From Desulfatiglandales bacterium (lineage in GTDB: Bacteria > Desulfobacterota > DSM-4660 > Desulfatiglandales > HGW-15), in NCBI GenBank assembly GCA_963667015.2, contig CAXXJJ010000004.1, forward strand, positions 2,944,001 to 3,008,000: a stretch of DNA of 64,000 nt. The letters are read 5' to 3'. The number at the start of each line of letters is the position of its first letter. Positions within the stretch are counted from its first letter, which is position 1. This document shows positions 19,432 through 29,171 of the stretch, piece by piece. Made by a program: the position numbers and the translations under genes. Below the pieces are notes generated by a model, which searched no databases, was not told the origin of the DNA, and saw only the letters and a program-made list of their open reading frames with translations.

Positions 19432-21282
19432 TTAAAATGACGGCAGCTCACCAAATCCCATGACAGTCCAGTAGATGGCCGTAAAAAGTACTATAAGTAT
19501 ATTTGCAAAGAACCACATGGGTATTCCCACCCGCAGGTAATCCTTTGGCTCAAGATACCCGCTTGCATAAACAATGGCATTGGGAGGAGTTCCTATTATA
19601 AGGCAGTATGCAAATGAAGAAGAGATCGCCGTTGCCATGGCCATAAATGGCAAAAATGTGCTGCCCGGATGAACAAGACCGGCCATATTGAGTGTTATGG
19701 GGCCCACTGCCGCTGCAGCCGGGCCATCAGCCATCAGGTTTGTGAGTACTGCCGTAAGACCGTTTGATGTTGCCATGAGGGGAATGCCGGAATCCATGCC
19801 CAGCGGCGAAAGAAAATCAATAACGCTTCTTGCCATCCAGTAGGCGGCGCCTGTGTTATCTAGGGTACGGCCAAAGATGATTGCCCCTGCATAGAGCCAT
19901 ACTACGCCCCAGTCTATCTTTTCCTGATAATCCCTCCAGTTTACAATTCCGGCCAGGAGATACGCCACAGCACCTGCTACAGCTATAACACCGATGCCCA
20001 GCCGGACAGGATAGATCCCCATGTCATAAAAAGCCTTTTCGGTAAACCAGCCGAAGACCATTATTATAAATATGATAAAGGCTATGATCTGTTTTCTGTT
20101 CCACCCGCCCATCTTTCCAATCTCATTCTGCAGGTGTTTCATTGAAGGAGCAAGAGATTTTATGGAAGGTTTAAACCGCCAGTTAACCATAAACCAGGTT
20201 ACAGGAATCATTAATATTACAAAAGGAAAGCAGTATTTAACCCATTGAAAATAACCTATATCAAAACCGAACATATCATTCAGGTAGGTCATCATAATAA
20301 CGTTTCTGGCTCCGCCTGAAGGAGCACCCGGGCCTCCTATGTTGCAGGCCATGGCAATTGTTATCATGAGCATCTTGGCCAGCTCTTTATCTTCCGGGAC
20401 TTCGCGTGTAAGGCTGTTCTGGTAAAGCAGCATTCCTATGGGCAGAAACATGGCCGCGAGTGCGTGATCAGAGATAAAGGCGGCAAGAGGAGCTATTATG
20501 ATAAAGAATATGAGGGTAACCCATTTGACACTTGGGACAGCCAGCTTTTTAAACATCATTAGACACATTCGCTTATCCACGCCTGTCTTTACAAAGGCTG
20601 CGGCAAACATGAGACTTCCCATAATAAACCAGCATGCATCATCCCAGTAGAGGCTTGCGACTTCACTCCTGCTCACAACCCCTGTAAAAACCAGTATAAG
20701 CCCTATACAGAAGGCGACACCCGGAAGGGGTATGCATTCTGTCATAAAGCAGAACACAACAAACACCATCATTGCGATTGCTACCTTGATATCCCATGCA
20801 CCTTTGTCTGCCGTTTTTTTGTCTTTTTCCGAAAGGTCCTCATAAACAAGTTTGATTTTTCTTAGTTCGATAGCGTTTTTCATTATCTCGGCATAACGTT
20901 CTCCGCTAACCTGAGTATCAATAAAACTGCCGGCCTTTTTAAAATTATTCTCATCCACCTTTAAGTCATATTTCTTACACCACCTGATATCCCTCTTAAG
21001 GAAGTTTTCCTTTGTAAGCGACCCCATCTGCATATTTCTTTCCATCATTTCCGCAGTCAGGAGCTCCCACTGCTCTGCATCATGGGCCGGTTTATCAAAC
21101 AATTCGGACATGATCTGCTTTATAACTGCCTTTGGGCCCACCTTTACTTCTGTTCCTACATCCTTCATACCATAGGGTGTCGGGATAATGAGAACAGCAA
21201 AGAAAAGCACAACAGGAATTATAAATAATTTCCAGTTAACATACTTGTCATAACCTGTTACCTTTTTTTCCGATTGAGTCAT
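19432..21282 (-). CDS. SLC13/DASS family sodium:anion (sulfate/dicarboxylate) symporter
   Basis: ECIPLP, NIGGPGAPSGGARN and IGTPPNAIVYASG motifs; start placed at ATG 21282 after GGAGGAG (track start 21345). Confidence 0.9.
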   Translation of the reverse strand: MTQSEKKVTGYDKYVNWKLFIIPVVLFFAVLIIPTPYGMKDVGTEVKVGPKAVIKQIMSELFDKPAHDAEQWELLTAEMMERNMQMGSLTKENFLKRDIRWCKKYDLKVDENNFKKAGSFIDTQVSGERYAEIMKNAIELRKIKLVYEDLSEKDKKTADKGAWDIKVAIAMMVFVVFCFMTECIPLPGVAFCIGLILVFTGVVSRSEVASLYWDDACWFIMGSLMFAAAFVKTGVDKRMCLMMFKKLAVPSVKWVTLIFFIIIAPLAAFISDHALAAMFLPIGMLLYQNSLTREVPEDKELAKMLMITIAMACNIGGPGAPSGGARNVIMMTYLNDMFGFDIGYFQWVKYCFPFVILMIPVTWFMVNWRFKPSIKSLAPSMKHLQNEIGKMGGWNRKQIIAFIIFIIMVFGWFTEKAFYDMGIYPVRLGIGVIAVAGAVAYLLAGIVNWRDYQEKIDWGVVWLYAGAIIFGRTLDNTGAAYWMARSVIDFLSPLGMDSGIPLMATSNGLTAVLTNLMADGPAAAAVGPITLNMAGLVHPGSTFLPFMAMATAISSSFAYCLIIGTPPNAIVYASGYLEPKDYLRVGIPMWFFANILIVLFTAIYWTVMGFGELPSF

Positions 21283-21307
21283 AAATTTGATCTCCTCCTG
21301 ATTCCGT

Positions 21308-21730
21308 CTACTTCCTGCTGCGAGCCATCCTGATCTTTTCTTCAATTCTTAATCTTTTTTCAAAGGCCTCTTCAGCCTTTTTAATCAGTTCATCTATGTC
21401 TGCCGGCTTTACAAAGTAACCCACAGCTCCTGCCTTTAAACCCTCAACTGCCAATTCGAGAGTACCATGACCTGTAAGCATGATGACCTCTACCAGCGGA
21501 AAATCCCGTTTGATGGCCTGGAGTATTTCCATACCATCCATGCCTGGCATCTTTACATCCAGAATTACAACATGTATGACACTGCTTTCCAGTTTATCCA
21601 GGGCTTCAGCGCCGCTTGAAGCTGTAACGACATCATAACCTCTTCTTTCGAGGAGCCTGGATGTTGTTGATAAATATCTCTCTTCATCATCAACCAGCAT
21701 AATTTTCATTCTATCCATAGCCATCCTCAA
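21308..21730 (-). CDS. Single-domain response regulator
   Basis: LVDDE, ILDVKMPG, LTGHG, VKP. Confidence 0.92.
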   Translation of the reverse strand: MRMAMDRMKIMLVDDEERYLSTTSRLLERRGYDVVTASSGAEALDKLESSVIHVVILDVKMPGMDGMEILQAIKRDFPLVEVIMLTGHGTLELAVEGLKAGAVGYFVKPADIDELIKKAEEAFEKRLRIEEKIRMARSRK

Positions 21731-21763
21731 TTAAGAATATGATCCCTGAATCCTGGCAATCTT

Positions 21764-23467
21764 TCATTTCGACACTGTCCTGGAAGAAGGAAGATTTATG
21801 GTAAAGACAGTCCCCCTGTCCTTTTCACTTTCCACCCTCATCTCTCCTCCCATTTCTTTGATAATCCCGTAGCAGACCGAAAGCCCCAGTCCTGTTCCCT
21901 TGCCGACCGGCTTAGTCGTAAAGAACGGGCTGAATACCTTGTTCATGTTTTCTTCCGTAATACCGGCGCCGTTATCGGACACTGTTATTACCGGATTTTC
22001 ATCTTCATCTGTATCCACCGCTACCTCCAGCCTGCCGCCCGAAGCGCCGTATCTCTCGATAATCGCATCGATCGCATTGTTGAACAGGTTGAGAAATACC
22101 TGCTGAAGCTGTGACGGATCCACCTTTGCCATCGGGCTGTCATCGGGAATATCTCTTATGATCTCTATGCCGTGCACATTTGCCCTCTGTTCAACCATGC
22201 CTGTTACTTCATTTATTATTTTATTAAGTTCTACAATTTTGGTGGTCGGCTCATTTTTTCTTCCGAATTTGAGGATAGCCTGGGTAATCCGTGTGCACCT
22301 TCCTATCTGCACATGTATCTCTTCCATGGATTCTTCCAGCTCCTTTGTCAGATCGGAACTGTTAAAATCACCCTTCTCCTTGAGCTCCAGAAAAATATCC
22401 TTCATCAATGCCTGTTCATTGTTTATTATCTGCAGGGGATTGTTTATCTCATGTGCAAAACCCGCTGCCATTTCGCCGAGTTCGGCAAGTTGTGTAGCCC
22501 TCACGAGCTGTCCGCTGAGGCTGCCTCTTTCCGCATCCAGGCGTTCCATGTTTTTGACGATTCTGCCTGTCATATAAAAGGCAAGTCCGATGATAATTCC
22601 GCCGCCAACGATGCTTATTATGAGTATAAGATATGTCGCGGTTCTCAGTTCCCTGAAGGCATCCTTTTTCTGCTGTCTTACAACAAGCTGCCAGTCGACG
22701 GCCTCAAGCCATGTTGTTGCATACAGATATTTATCCCCGGAAATATTTTTACTGATAAAGGTCCTTATGCCGGCATGATGAGAGGGATATTTTATGTTAT
22801 CCGGATCATTTTCCATGAGGCTTCCGCCTGATCTTCTTTCTGTCTGGAATATCCCGTTTCTGTTCAGGATGTAGGATTCTCCCGTATTGCCTATCCTTAC
22901 CTTCTTGACCAGTTCACTGAACATATATGTATCGATTGTGGCCCTTATAATCCATCTGTTCCCATTGCTTTCCTTCTGAAGGGCGATAATAAAGTGAGGT
23001 ATCCTGCGAAAGCCTAAAAAAACATCGCTTATATAATAGCCCTTTTTATTGACCTCTCTAAACCATTCGGCTTCACTGTATTCCTTGCCCTTCAGCTCAA
23101 ACGGCCCGGCATAGGCCACATGTAGACCGTTACCGTCAAACACGCCGAGATCCACAAATGCATTTGCATTCTTCTGGAGATTTTTAAAAATAGGCTGAAG
23201 TCTTTCAGGATTACTCAATTCGTTGTAGTCATATGAGGAACAGATGAATTCAAGGTCGGCCTTACGTTCCGCTAAAAATGTCTCAATCATCTGACCATGA
23301 TCCTCCACACTCCTTTCCATGGTTGAGACACTTTTGGTTTCTATGGATATGGTAAAGTAGTAGTAACCTATTCCAAGAATAAACAGCAGAGGTGTGACCG
23401 GCACCAGAATCATACTCGCGAAGATATTCTTCCTTACTGAACTATAATGATTTTTTTTTATGTCCAC
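21764..23467 (-). CDS. Cache-domain sensor histidine kinase
   Basis: AHEINNP, G-boxes; periplasmic domain paralogous to 5310..7043. Confidence 0.92.
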   Translation of the reverse strand: MDIKKNHYSSVRKNIFASMILVPVTPLLFILGIGYYYFTISIETKSVSTMERSVEDHGQMIETFLAERKADLEFICSSYDYNELSNPERLQPIFKNLQKNANAFVDLGVFDGNGLHVAYAGPFELKGKEYSEAEWFREVNKKGYYISDVFLGFRRIPHFIIALQKESNGNRWIIRATIDTYMFSELVKKVRIGNTGESYILNRNGIFQTERRSGGSLMENDPDNIKYPSHHAGIRTFISKNISGDKYLYATTWLEAVDWQLVVRQQKKDAFRELRTATYLILIISIVGGGIIIGLAFYMTGRIVKNMERLDAERGSLSGQLVRATQLAELGEMAAGFAHEINNPLQIINNEQALMKDIFLELKEKGDFNSSDLTKELEESMEEIHVQIGRCTRITQAILKFGRKNEPTTKIVELNKIINEVTGMVEQRANVHGIEIIRDIPDDSPMAKVDPSQLQQVFLNLFNNAIDAIIERYGASGGRLEVAVDTDEDENPVITVSDNGAGITEENMNKVFSPFFTTKPVGKGTGLGLSVCYGIIKEMGGEMRVESEKDRGTVFTINLPSSRTVSK

Positions 23468-23583
23468 TGCTGAACAACCATTTTAGTATTTAGGTTGATG
23501 ACCGACTGCCTTAGGGGACTTTCATCGGTCATCAACAGAACACATCCGTCACTTCCAGGCAGATGTTTGATGCACTATATATC

Positions 23584-23598
23584 GCAAGGTCCATGCCA
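23584..23598 (-). promoter_or_regulatory. Sigma54 promoter
   Basis: TGGCAT-GGACC-TTGC. Confidence 0.78.
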
Positions 23599-23692
23599 CA
23601 TCCGGGAATCCATGTGAATAATATAACAAGCTGTTTTCACTGCATATTGTTAGCGGTCATAAAACGGGTGAGTAAATCAGGCTGGAATATTG

Positions 23693-23709
23693 TGTAAAGG
23701 CTTTTTACA
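23693..23709. promoter_or_regulatory. Putative enhancer (UAS) palindrome
   Basis: TGTAAA-GGCTT-TTTACA, 95 bp from the -24 box. Confidence 0.65.
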
Positions 23710-23738
23710 ATATGGAAAACATTATGAATTGGAGAGAA

Positions 23739-24167
23739 CTAGCTGCTTTTAATTGCATCTTTTATTCTGGTACGCCTGCTCTTATGATCCTGCCTATCCT
23801 TTTTTTCGACTGCCTGTAACACCTTTGGCAGAAGTTCTTCCAGCTTTACAGGTTTGAGAAGATAATCAGAGGCACCGAGTTTCATGCCCTCTATACCTGT
23901 TTCAACAGAGGCATGCCCGGTAAGCAGTATTACCTCTGTGAGAGGTCGCAGCTTCTTTATCGCCCTGAGCGTTTCAATACCATCCATACCGCCAGGCATC
24001 TTTACATCCAGTATGACAACATCTACAGGGATTCGGTTGATAATCTTCAGGGCCTCTTCGCCGCTCTTTGACCCATGGGCGTCAATTTTCCTCTTCCGCA
24101 GACGTTTGACAATGGTTTCCAGGAAATCATCTTCGTCATCTACGATCAGGACAGTAAATAAATCCAT
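23739..24167 (-). CDS. Single-domain response regulator
   Basis: LIVDDE, ILDVKMPG, LKP; start moved to ATG 24167 after GGAGGA. Confidence 0.9.
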   Translation of the reverse strand: MDLFTVLIVDDEDDFLETIVKRLRKRKIDAHGSKSGEEALKIINRIPVDVVILDVKMPGGMDGIETLRAIKKLRPLTEVILLTGHASVETGIEGMKLGASDYLLKPVKLEELLPKVLQAVEKKDRQDHKSRRTRIKDAIKSS

Positions 24168-24247
24168 TATTCCTCCTGTATCATTTAATATATATTCGGT
24201 TTTTACTCCGGGGCAGGAAGAGATTCTTTTTTCATTCGGCATGTCAG

Positions 24248-25909
24248 CTACTTTTTCTCAGGGGAAATAATGGGCAGTGTAACAGTAAAGGCTGTACCCT
24301 GACCCGCCTCGCTTGCCAGGGAAATGCTGCCTCCCAGTTTCTCTACAATATTATAGCTTACCCATAACCCCAGGCCTGTTCCCCTTCCAACCTCCTTTGT
24401 CGTAAAAAACGGATCAAAAACCCTGCCCTGCTGATCAGCAGGTATTCCCGGACCGTCATCAATCACCCTTATCCGGATATTATGCGCATCAAATTCGCTT
24501 ATCACATTTATTGATCCATCCTGTCCGATCGCATCGATGGCATTTGTAATAAGGTTCAGAAAAACCTGCTGAAGCTGTGCCTGTTCACTTGCGATAATAG
24601 GAAGTTTATCTGCCAGCATGGTATTTATTTTTATATTGTTTATCCTGGCAAAGTTTTCAAGGATTCCTATGGTCTGCAGGATAACACTGTTTATTTCAAC
24701 ATCCTCGCTCCGGGGTTCCATTTTTCTGGCATAACCCAGCATATTGTGCACTACCTTCCTTGCACGCTCCACATGCTCTTCTATCTTTTTCACCGATTCC
24801 CTGTACTCTGTTATATTGGGGCTGTTCTGAAATTCCTCCTCAAAAAGAAGATCCTCCATCCAGCCGGTCTTTTGAAGAATAACCGCAAGGGGATTGTTTA
24901 TTTCATGGGCAACACCTGCCGCCATTTTTCCAAGGGCTGCCAGCTTGTCTGACTGAAGGAGCTGGGCATTTAGTTCATTCATCTTTATATCGGTATCCTG
25001 GAGTTTATTTACTGCCATCCTGGTGGTAAATACGGTAGTCAGCACGATAGCGATCATTCCAGTCATAAAAATAATGATCTCCATTGTCCGTGTGGCAAAG
25101 ATACTTTTCATCTCCTCGGAGATATCCTGGTTTATTACAAGAAGCCAGTTTTTGTTCTTAAGCCAGGCACCTGCATAAAGTCGATTTATTCCATTCTTAT
25201 CTAAAAGCTCAGCAGAATTAGTCTTCCCTCCAAAAAGTCTCGTATCAATATCCCAGTTTTCCTGAATCCGCCCTGAGAACCTGGGTATTGTCTGAAAAAC
25301 ACCTTCGTCGTTTACAATGAATGCATCTCCTGATTTTCCCACCTGGGCGGCTTTTACCATATCACCGAATATATAGGGATCGATGGTCGCTCTTAATATC
25401 CAGCTTTTTTCATCTTCCTGCCTCCTGACGGCTATTATAAAATGTGGAATCTGCCTGAACCCGAGGTACACATCACTTATATAGATACCCCGGCTCATTA
25501 CCTCTCCGAACCACTGCTCCTGATAATAATTATACCCCTTGAGTTTATAGGGGCCTGTATAGGCAATATGATTTCCCTGATCGTCTATTACCCCCAGGTC
25601 CACAAATGCCCCTGCATGGGAATCAAGCATTTTAAAGAGGTCTGCGAGGGTATCCGAATTACTCAGCTTCTCAAAACTATGAATATCTGCAACTGCTGAA
25701 AGTATCGCGCTCCTTTCCCTGAGAAAAAGGTCAATGGCCTCTGCCTGTGCACTTGCCCTGTATTCTATCTGTTCTTCTATTTTTATCCTGTAGATTTTCG
25801 CAAACTGCAGATATATCGAAACTCCAAGAATAAGGAGAGGAGTAAGGGATACCACGAGGGTTGCGGTGATAATTTTTCTTTGCAGGTTTTTATAAACATT
25901 TGTCTTCAT
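24248..25909 (-). CDS. Cache-domain sensor histidine kinase
   Basis: AHEINNP, G-boxes; third paralogue of the same sensor domain. Confidence 0.92.
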   Translation of the reverse strand: MKTNVYKNLQRKIITATLVVSLTPLLILGVSIYLQFAKIYRIKIEEQIEYRASAQAEAIDLFLRERSAILSAVADIHSFEKLSNSDTLADLFKMLDSHAGAFVDLGVIDDQGNHIAYTGPYKLKGYNYYQEQWFGEVMSRGIYISDVYLGFRQIPHFIIAVRRQEDEKSWILRATIDPYIFGDMVKAAQVGKSGDAFIVNDEGVFQTIPRFSGRIQENWDIDTRLFGGKTNSAELLDKNGINRLYAGAWLKNKNWLLVINQDISEEMKSIFATRTMEIIIFMTGMIAIVLTTVFTTRMAVNKLQDTDIKMNELNAQLLQSDKLAALGKMAAGVAHEINNPLAVILQKTGWMEDLLFEEEFQNSPNITEYRESVKKIEEHVERARKVVHNMLGYARKMEPRSEDVEINSVILQTIGILENFARINNIKINTMLADKLPIIASEQAQLQQVFLNLITNAIDAIGQDGSINVISEFDAHNIRIRVIDDGPGIPADQQGRVFDPFFTTKEVGRGTGLGLWVSYNIVEKLGGSISLASEAGQGTAFTVTLPIISPEKK

Positions 25910-26329
25910 GGCATCACATGGAAAAAGGTGTGGAGGTTCCGGTACAAAACTCCATAGCCGAAGGATTTACCTCCTCCGCGTAAGACAGACAGGGCAGCTC
26001 CCCATTCCAGGTCTTCCTGTATACCCTCCCATCTGGAAATCCAGGTTATGGGGAAAAAAACAGCTAAGGTTGCGGCGGAGGCCATGAATCGGCCCCCGCC
26101 GAGAAATGAGCCCATACCTTTACAGGAGCACGCAAAGGCAGGGCTCCGAAGCATGAACCTGGCAATATTTGAATTGGGTTTCATATCAACCCTTCTCATC
26201 AGAGGCAGCATGTTAACAACACCTATTGCTGTTGCCGCAGCGTCATGCACTAAGGCGGAGGGAATCCCCGGCCTTATGGAGGCTATAAAGATAAATCCGT
26301 ACAACACCGTTTAATATTATTAAAACAAG

Positions 26330-26344
26330 GCAATTCCCATGCCA
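26330..26344 (-). promoter_or_regulatory. Sigma54 promoter
   Basis: TGGCAT-GGGAA-TTGC; IHF-consensus site (TATCAA-TTAC-TTA, minus strand) at about 26370-26382. Confidence 0.78.
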
Positions 26345-26438
26345 GCAGCCTCTCAACAAATATTTGCTTTAAGTAATTGATATTTAATACATTATCCATA
26401 CCTGGCAAAAGTATCTTTTTTCACTAGGCAGTAGTATA

Positions 26439-26455
26439 TGTAAATGTTTTTTACA
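26439..26455. promoter_or_regulatory. Putative enhancer (UAS) palindrome
   Basis: TGTAAA-TGTTT-TTTACA, 95 bp from the -24 box. Confidence 0.65.
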
Positions 26456-26569
26456 GGATGTAAAAATAGTGAGCCGGCAGTTTTTTAATGCAGGGATTTA
26501 TGATCAAACCGGTCTTTTCAGTTTTTTATTTTCAGATCGGATTTTATTTAAAAAAAGGATTTTCAAGCC

Positions 26570-26597
26570 TTGACAATTTTAATGCAGTGATTAGGTT
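26570..26597 (+). promoter_or_regulatory. Possible sigma70 promoter for groESL
   Basis: TTGACA-N16-TAGGTT. Confidence 0.45.
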
Positions 26598-26726
26598 GTT
26601 GCGTCATTATTGCATTAGTCATATCAGTAACTTAGACATATCGTCTGGAGCAGGTTACTCTATATTTTTAGGTCAGTTTTAATTATTTATTTATATTCTT
26701 TTTATTATTTAAGGAGGATAAAGGAC

Positions 26727-27017
26727 ATGAACATTAAACCTTTAAACGACAGGGTCCTTGTTTTAAGAATCGAAGGGGAACAGAAAACTTCAGGAGGAAT
26801 TTATATTCCGGATACAGCAAAGGAAAAACCGCTTGAGGGTAAGGTAGTTGCTGCCGGGCCCGGCAAGACCGATGAAAAGGGAAACCGAATTGCAATGGCT
26901 GTAAAAAAGGGAGACAAAATACTGTTCGGTAAATATGCAGGCACGGAAATCAAGGTTAACGGTGTTGAACATCTTATCATGAGAGAAGATGATATTCTTG
27001 GTGTTATAGAAGGCTAA
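26727..27017 (+). CDS. groES: Co-chaperonin GroES
   Basis: [44 protein letters not shown]. Confidence 0.98.
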   Translation: MNIKPLNDRVLVLRIEGEQKTSGGIYIPDTAKEKPLEGKVVAAGPGKTDEKGNRIAMAVKKGDKILFGKYAGTEIKVNGVEHLIMREDDILGVIEG

Positions 27018-27035
27018 TCAGGGAGGAACATTATT

Positions 27036-28655
27036 ATGGCAAAGAAAGAAATCAAATACAGCGCCAGCGCCAGAGAAAAGACAATGATCGGTGTCGACAC
27101 CCTGGCCAATGCTGTAAAGGTAACATTCGGCCCCAGAGGCAGAAACGTTCTTATAGAAAAATCATGGGGATCACCGGTTGCTACCAAGGACGGTGTAACC
27201 GTGGCAAAGGAGATCGAGCTTGAAGACAAGTTTGAAAACATGGGCGCTCAGATGGTCAAGGAAGTTGCATCAAAGACATCGGATGTAGCCGGTGACGGAA
27301 CAACCACAGCCACCATCCTTGCACAGGCAATTGTAAGAGAAGGATTAAAGCTGGTTACCTCGGGGATTAATCCCATGTCCATCAAAAGAGGTATAGACAG
27401 ATCTGTGGCAATGGTTGTTGAAGAACTTAAAAAGATAAGCAAACCCACCAAGGATAAAAACGAGATCGCACAGGTAGGAACAATTTCAGCGAATAACGAC
27501 CGAACCATCGGTGATATCATTGCAGAGGCAATGGAAAAGGTCGGCAAGGAAGGTGTTATAACCGTTGAAGAGGCAAAATCAATGGAAACCTCCCTTGAGA
27601 TAGTTGAGGGTATGCAGTTTGACAGGGGTTACCTGAGCCCGTACTTTGTAACAAATGCCGAAAAGATGGTTGTGGATCTTGATGAACCCTACATTCTTCT
27701 TCACGAGAAAAAAATCACCAATATGCGGGATATTCTTCCTATCCTTGAGAAGATTGCCCAGTCAGGACGGCCCTTTGTTATAATATCCGAGGATGTTGAG
27801 GGTGAAGCCCTTGCAACCCTGGTAGTAAACCGTCTCAGAGGCACCCTTAAATGTGCGGCTGTCAAGGCCCCTGGTTTTGGTGACAGAAGGAAGGCAATGC
27901 TTGAGGATATCGCTATACTCACCGGCGGAAAAGTTATAAGCGAAGACATGGGTCAGAAACTTGAAAACATGACCCTTGAAGACCTGGGAACAGCCAAAAA
28001 GATAACCATCGACAAAGACAACACCACCATAGTAGACGGCGGCGGGGACAGAAAGGCACTTGAAGGAAGGGTAAAACAGATCAGAAACCAGATCCAGGAT
28101 ACCACGAGCGACTACGACAGGGAAAAACTTCAGGAACGCCTTGCCAAACTTATCGGCGGTGTAGCGGTTATTAATGTAGGCGCTGCAACAGAGGCGGAAA
28201 TGAAGGAGAAAAAGGCCAGGGTTGAGGATGCACTCAACGCCACAAGGGCGGCTGTTGAAGAAGGCATTGTCCCGGGCGGCGGTGTAGCACTTGTACGTGC
28301 TCAGAAGGTTCTTGAAAACGTAACCTTTGAGGGCGAAGAACAGGCAGGTCTGAACATTATCAAAAAGGCCATTGAAGAACCGCTCAAACAGCTGGCAAAT
28401 AATGCGGGTTTTGAAGGTTCTGTTGTAGTTAAAAACGTTTTGGCCCTTTCAGGCAATAAAGGCTTTAATGCAGAGACCGGCGAGTATGAAGATGTAGTCA
28501 AGGCCGGAATAATCGACCCCACAAAGGTCACCAGGTTTGCACTTCAGAATGCTTCCTCTGTAGCAGGACTGCTTATGACCACAGAGGCCATGGTGGCTGA
28601 AAAGCCTGAAAAGAAAAAGGCCGCGGCACCTGCAATGCCTGAGGATATGTATTAA
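27036..28655 (+). CDS. groEL: Chaperonin GroEL
   Basis: [28 protein letters not shown]; lacks the GGM tail. Confidence 0.98.
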   Translation: MAKKEIKYSASAREKTMIGVDTLANAVKVTFGPRGRNVLIEKSWGSPVATKDGVTVAKEIELEDKFENMGAQMVKEVASKTSDVAGDGTTTATILAQAIVREGLKLVTSGINPMSIKRGIDRSVAMVVEELKKISKPTKDKNEIAQVGTISANNDRTIGDIIAEAMEKVGKEGVITVEEAKSMETSLEIVEGMQFDRGYLSPYFVTNAEKMVVDLDEPYILLHEKKITNMRDILPILEKIAQSGRPFVIISEDVEGEALATLVVNRLRGTLKCAAVKAPGFGDRRKAMLEDIAILTGGKVISEDMGQKLENMTLEDLGTAKKITIDKDNTTIVDGGGDRKALEGRVKQIRNQIQDTTSDYDREKLQERLAKLIGGVAVINVGAATEAEMKEKKARVEDALNATRAAVEEGIVPGGGVALVRAQKVLENVTFEGEEQAGLNIIKKAIEEPLKQLANNAGFEGSVVVKNVLALSGNKGFNAETGEYEDVVKAGIIDPTKVTRFALQNASSVAGLLMTTEAMVAEKPEKKKAAAPAMPEDMY

Positions 28656-28702
28656 AAACAGGGCGCAGGGCAAAAGGCTCAAGGTACAGGGCTAAAAATA
28701 TA

Positions 28703-28737
28703 TCCGGTGCTGTGCTGTTTTGTCGGGCAGCACCGGA
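28703..28737. terminator. Hairpin after groEL (terminator-like)
   Basis: TCCGGTGCTG...CAGCACCGGA 10-bp stem; no U-tract on the + strand. Confidence 0.45.
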
Positions 28738-28805
28738 AAAATGTTGAAATATCATCCCTCTTTCTGATATGTACTTGCCCACTTTAATAAACAGGATAAT
28801 GGCTA

Positions 28806-29168
28806 ATGAATAAAAAGAAACTTCAGCAGTTCAAAAAAATACTTACTGAACAACTCGACACACTTATGGATAAAAGCAGCCGGAACAGGGTTACTGCACT
28901 TGCTGAATCCGAACAGATATCCGATTTTACTGATCAGGCAACACTGGAATCCGATATTGACATGAATATTCATATCAAGGAAAGAGACAGCAAACTGATC
29001 ATAAAACTCAAACAGGCCCTTGAAAGAATCGAGGACGGGACATATGGCATATGTGATCAGTGTGAAGAGGAAATATCCGAAGCAAGGCTGGAGGCACGTC
29101 CTGTAACCACTGTATGTATTGACTGCAAAAGGGCGCAGGAAAATCTGGAGAGATTAAGAGGAGATTAA
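28806..29168 (+). CDS. dksA: RNA polymerase-binding protein DksA
   Basis: DFTDQA coiled-coil tip; YGICDQC...RLEARPVTTVCIDCK C4 zinc finger. Confidence 0.9.
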   Translation: MNKKKLQQFKKILTEQLDTLMDKSSRNRVTALAESEQISDFTDQATLESDIDMNIHIKERDSKLIIKLKQALERIEDGTYGICDQCEEEISEARLEARPVTTVCIDCKRAQENLERLRGD

Positions 29169-29171
29169 TAT

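Noticed and set aside
26600..26660. CIRCE element before groES
   Set aside because: Only TTAG half-resemblance; the TTAGCACTC-N9-GAGTGCTAA inverted repeat is absent
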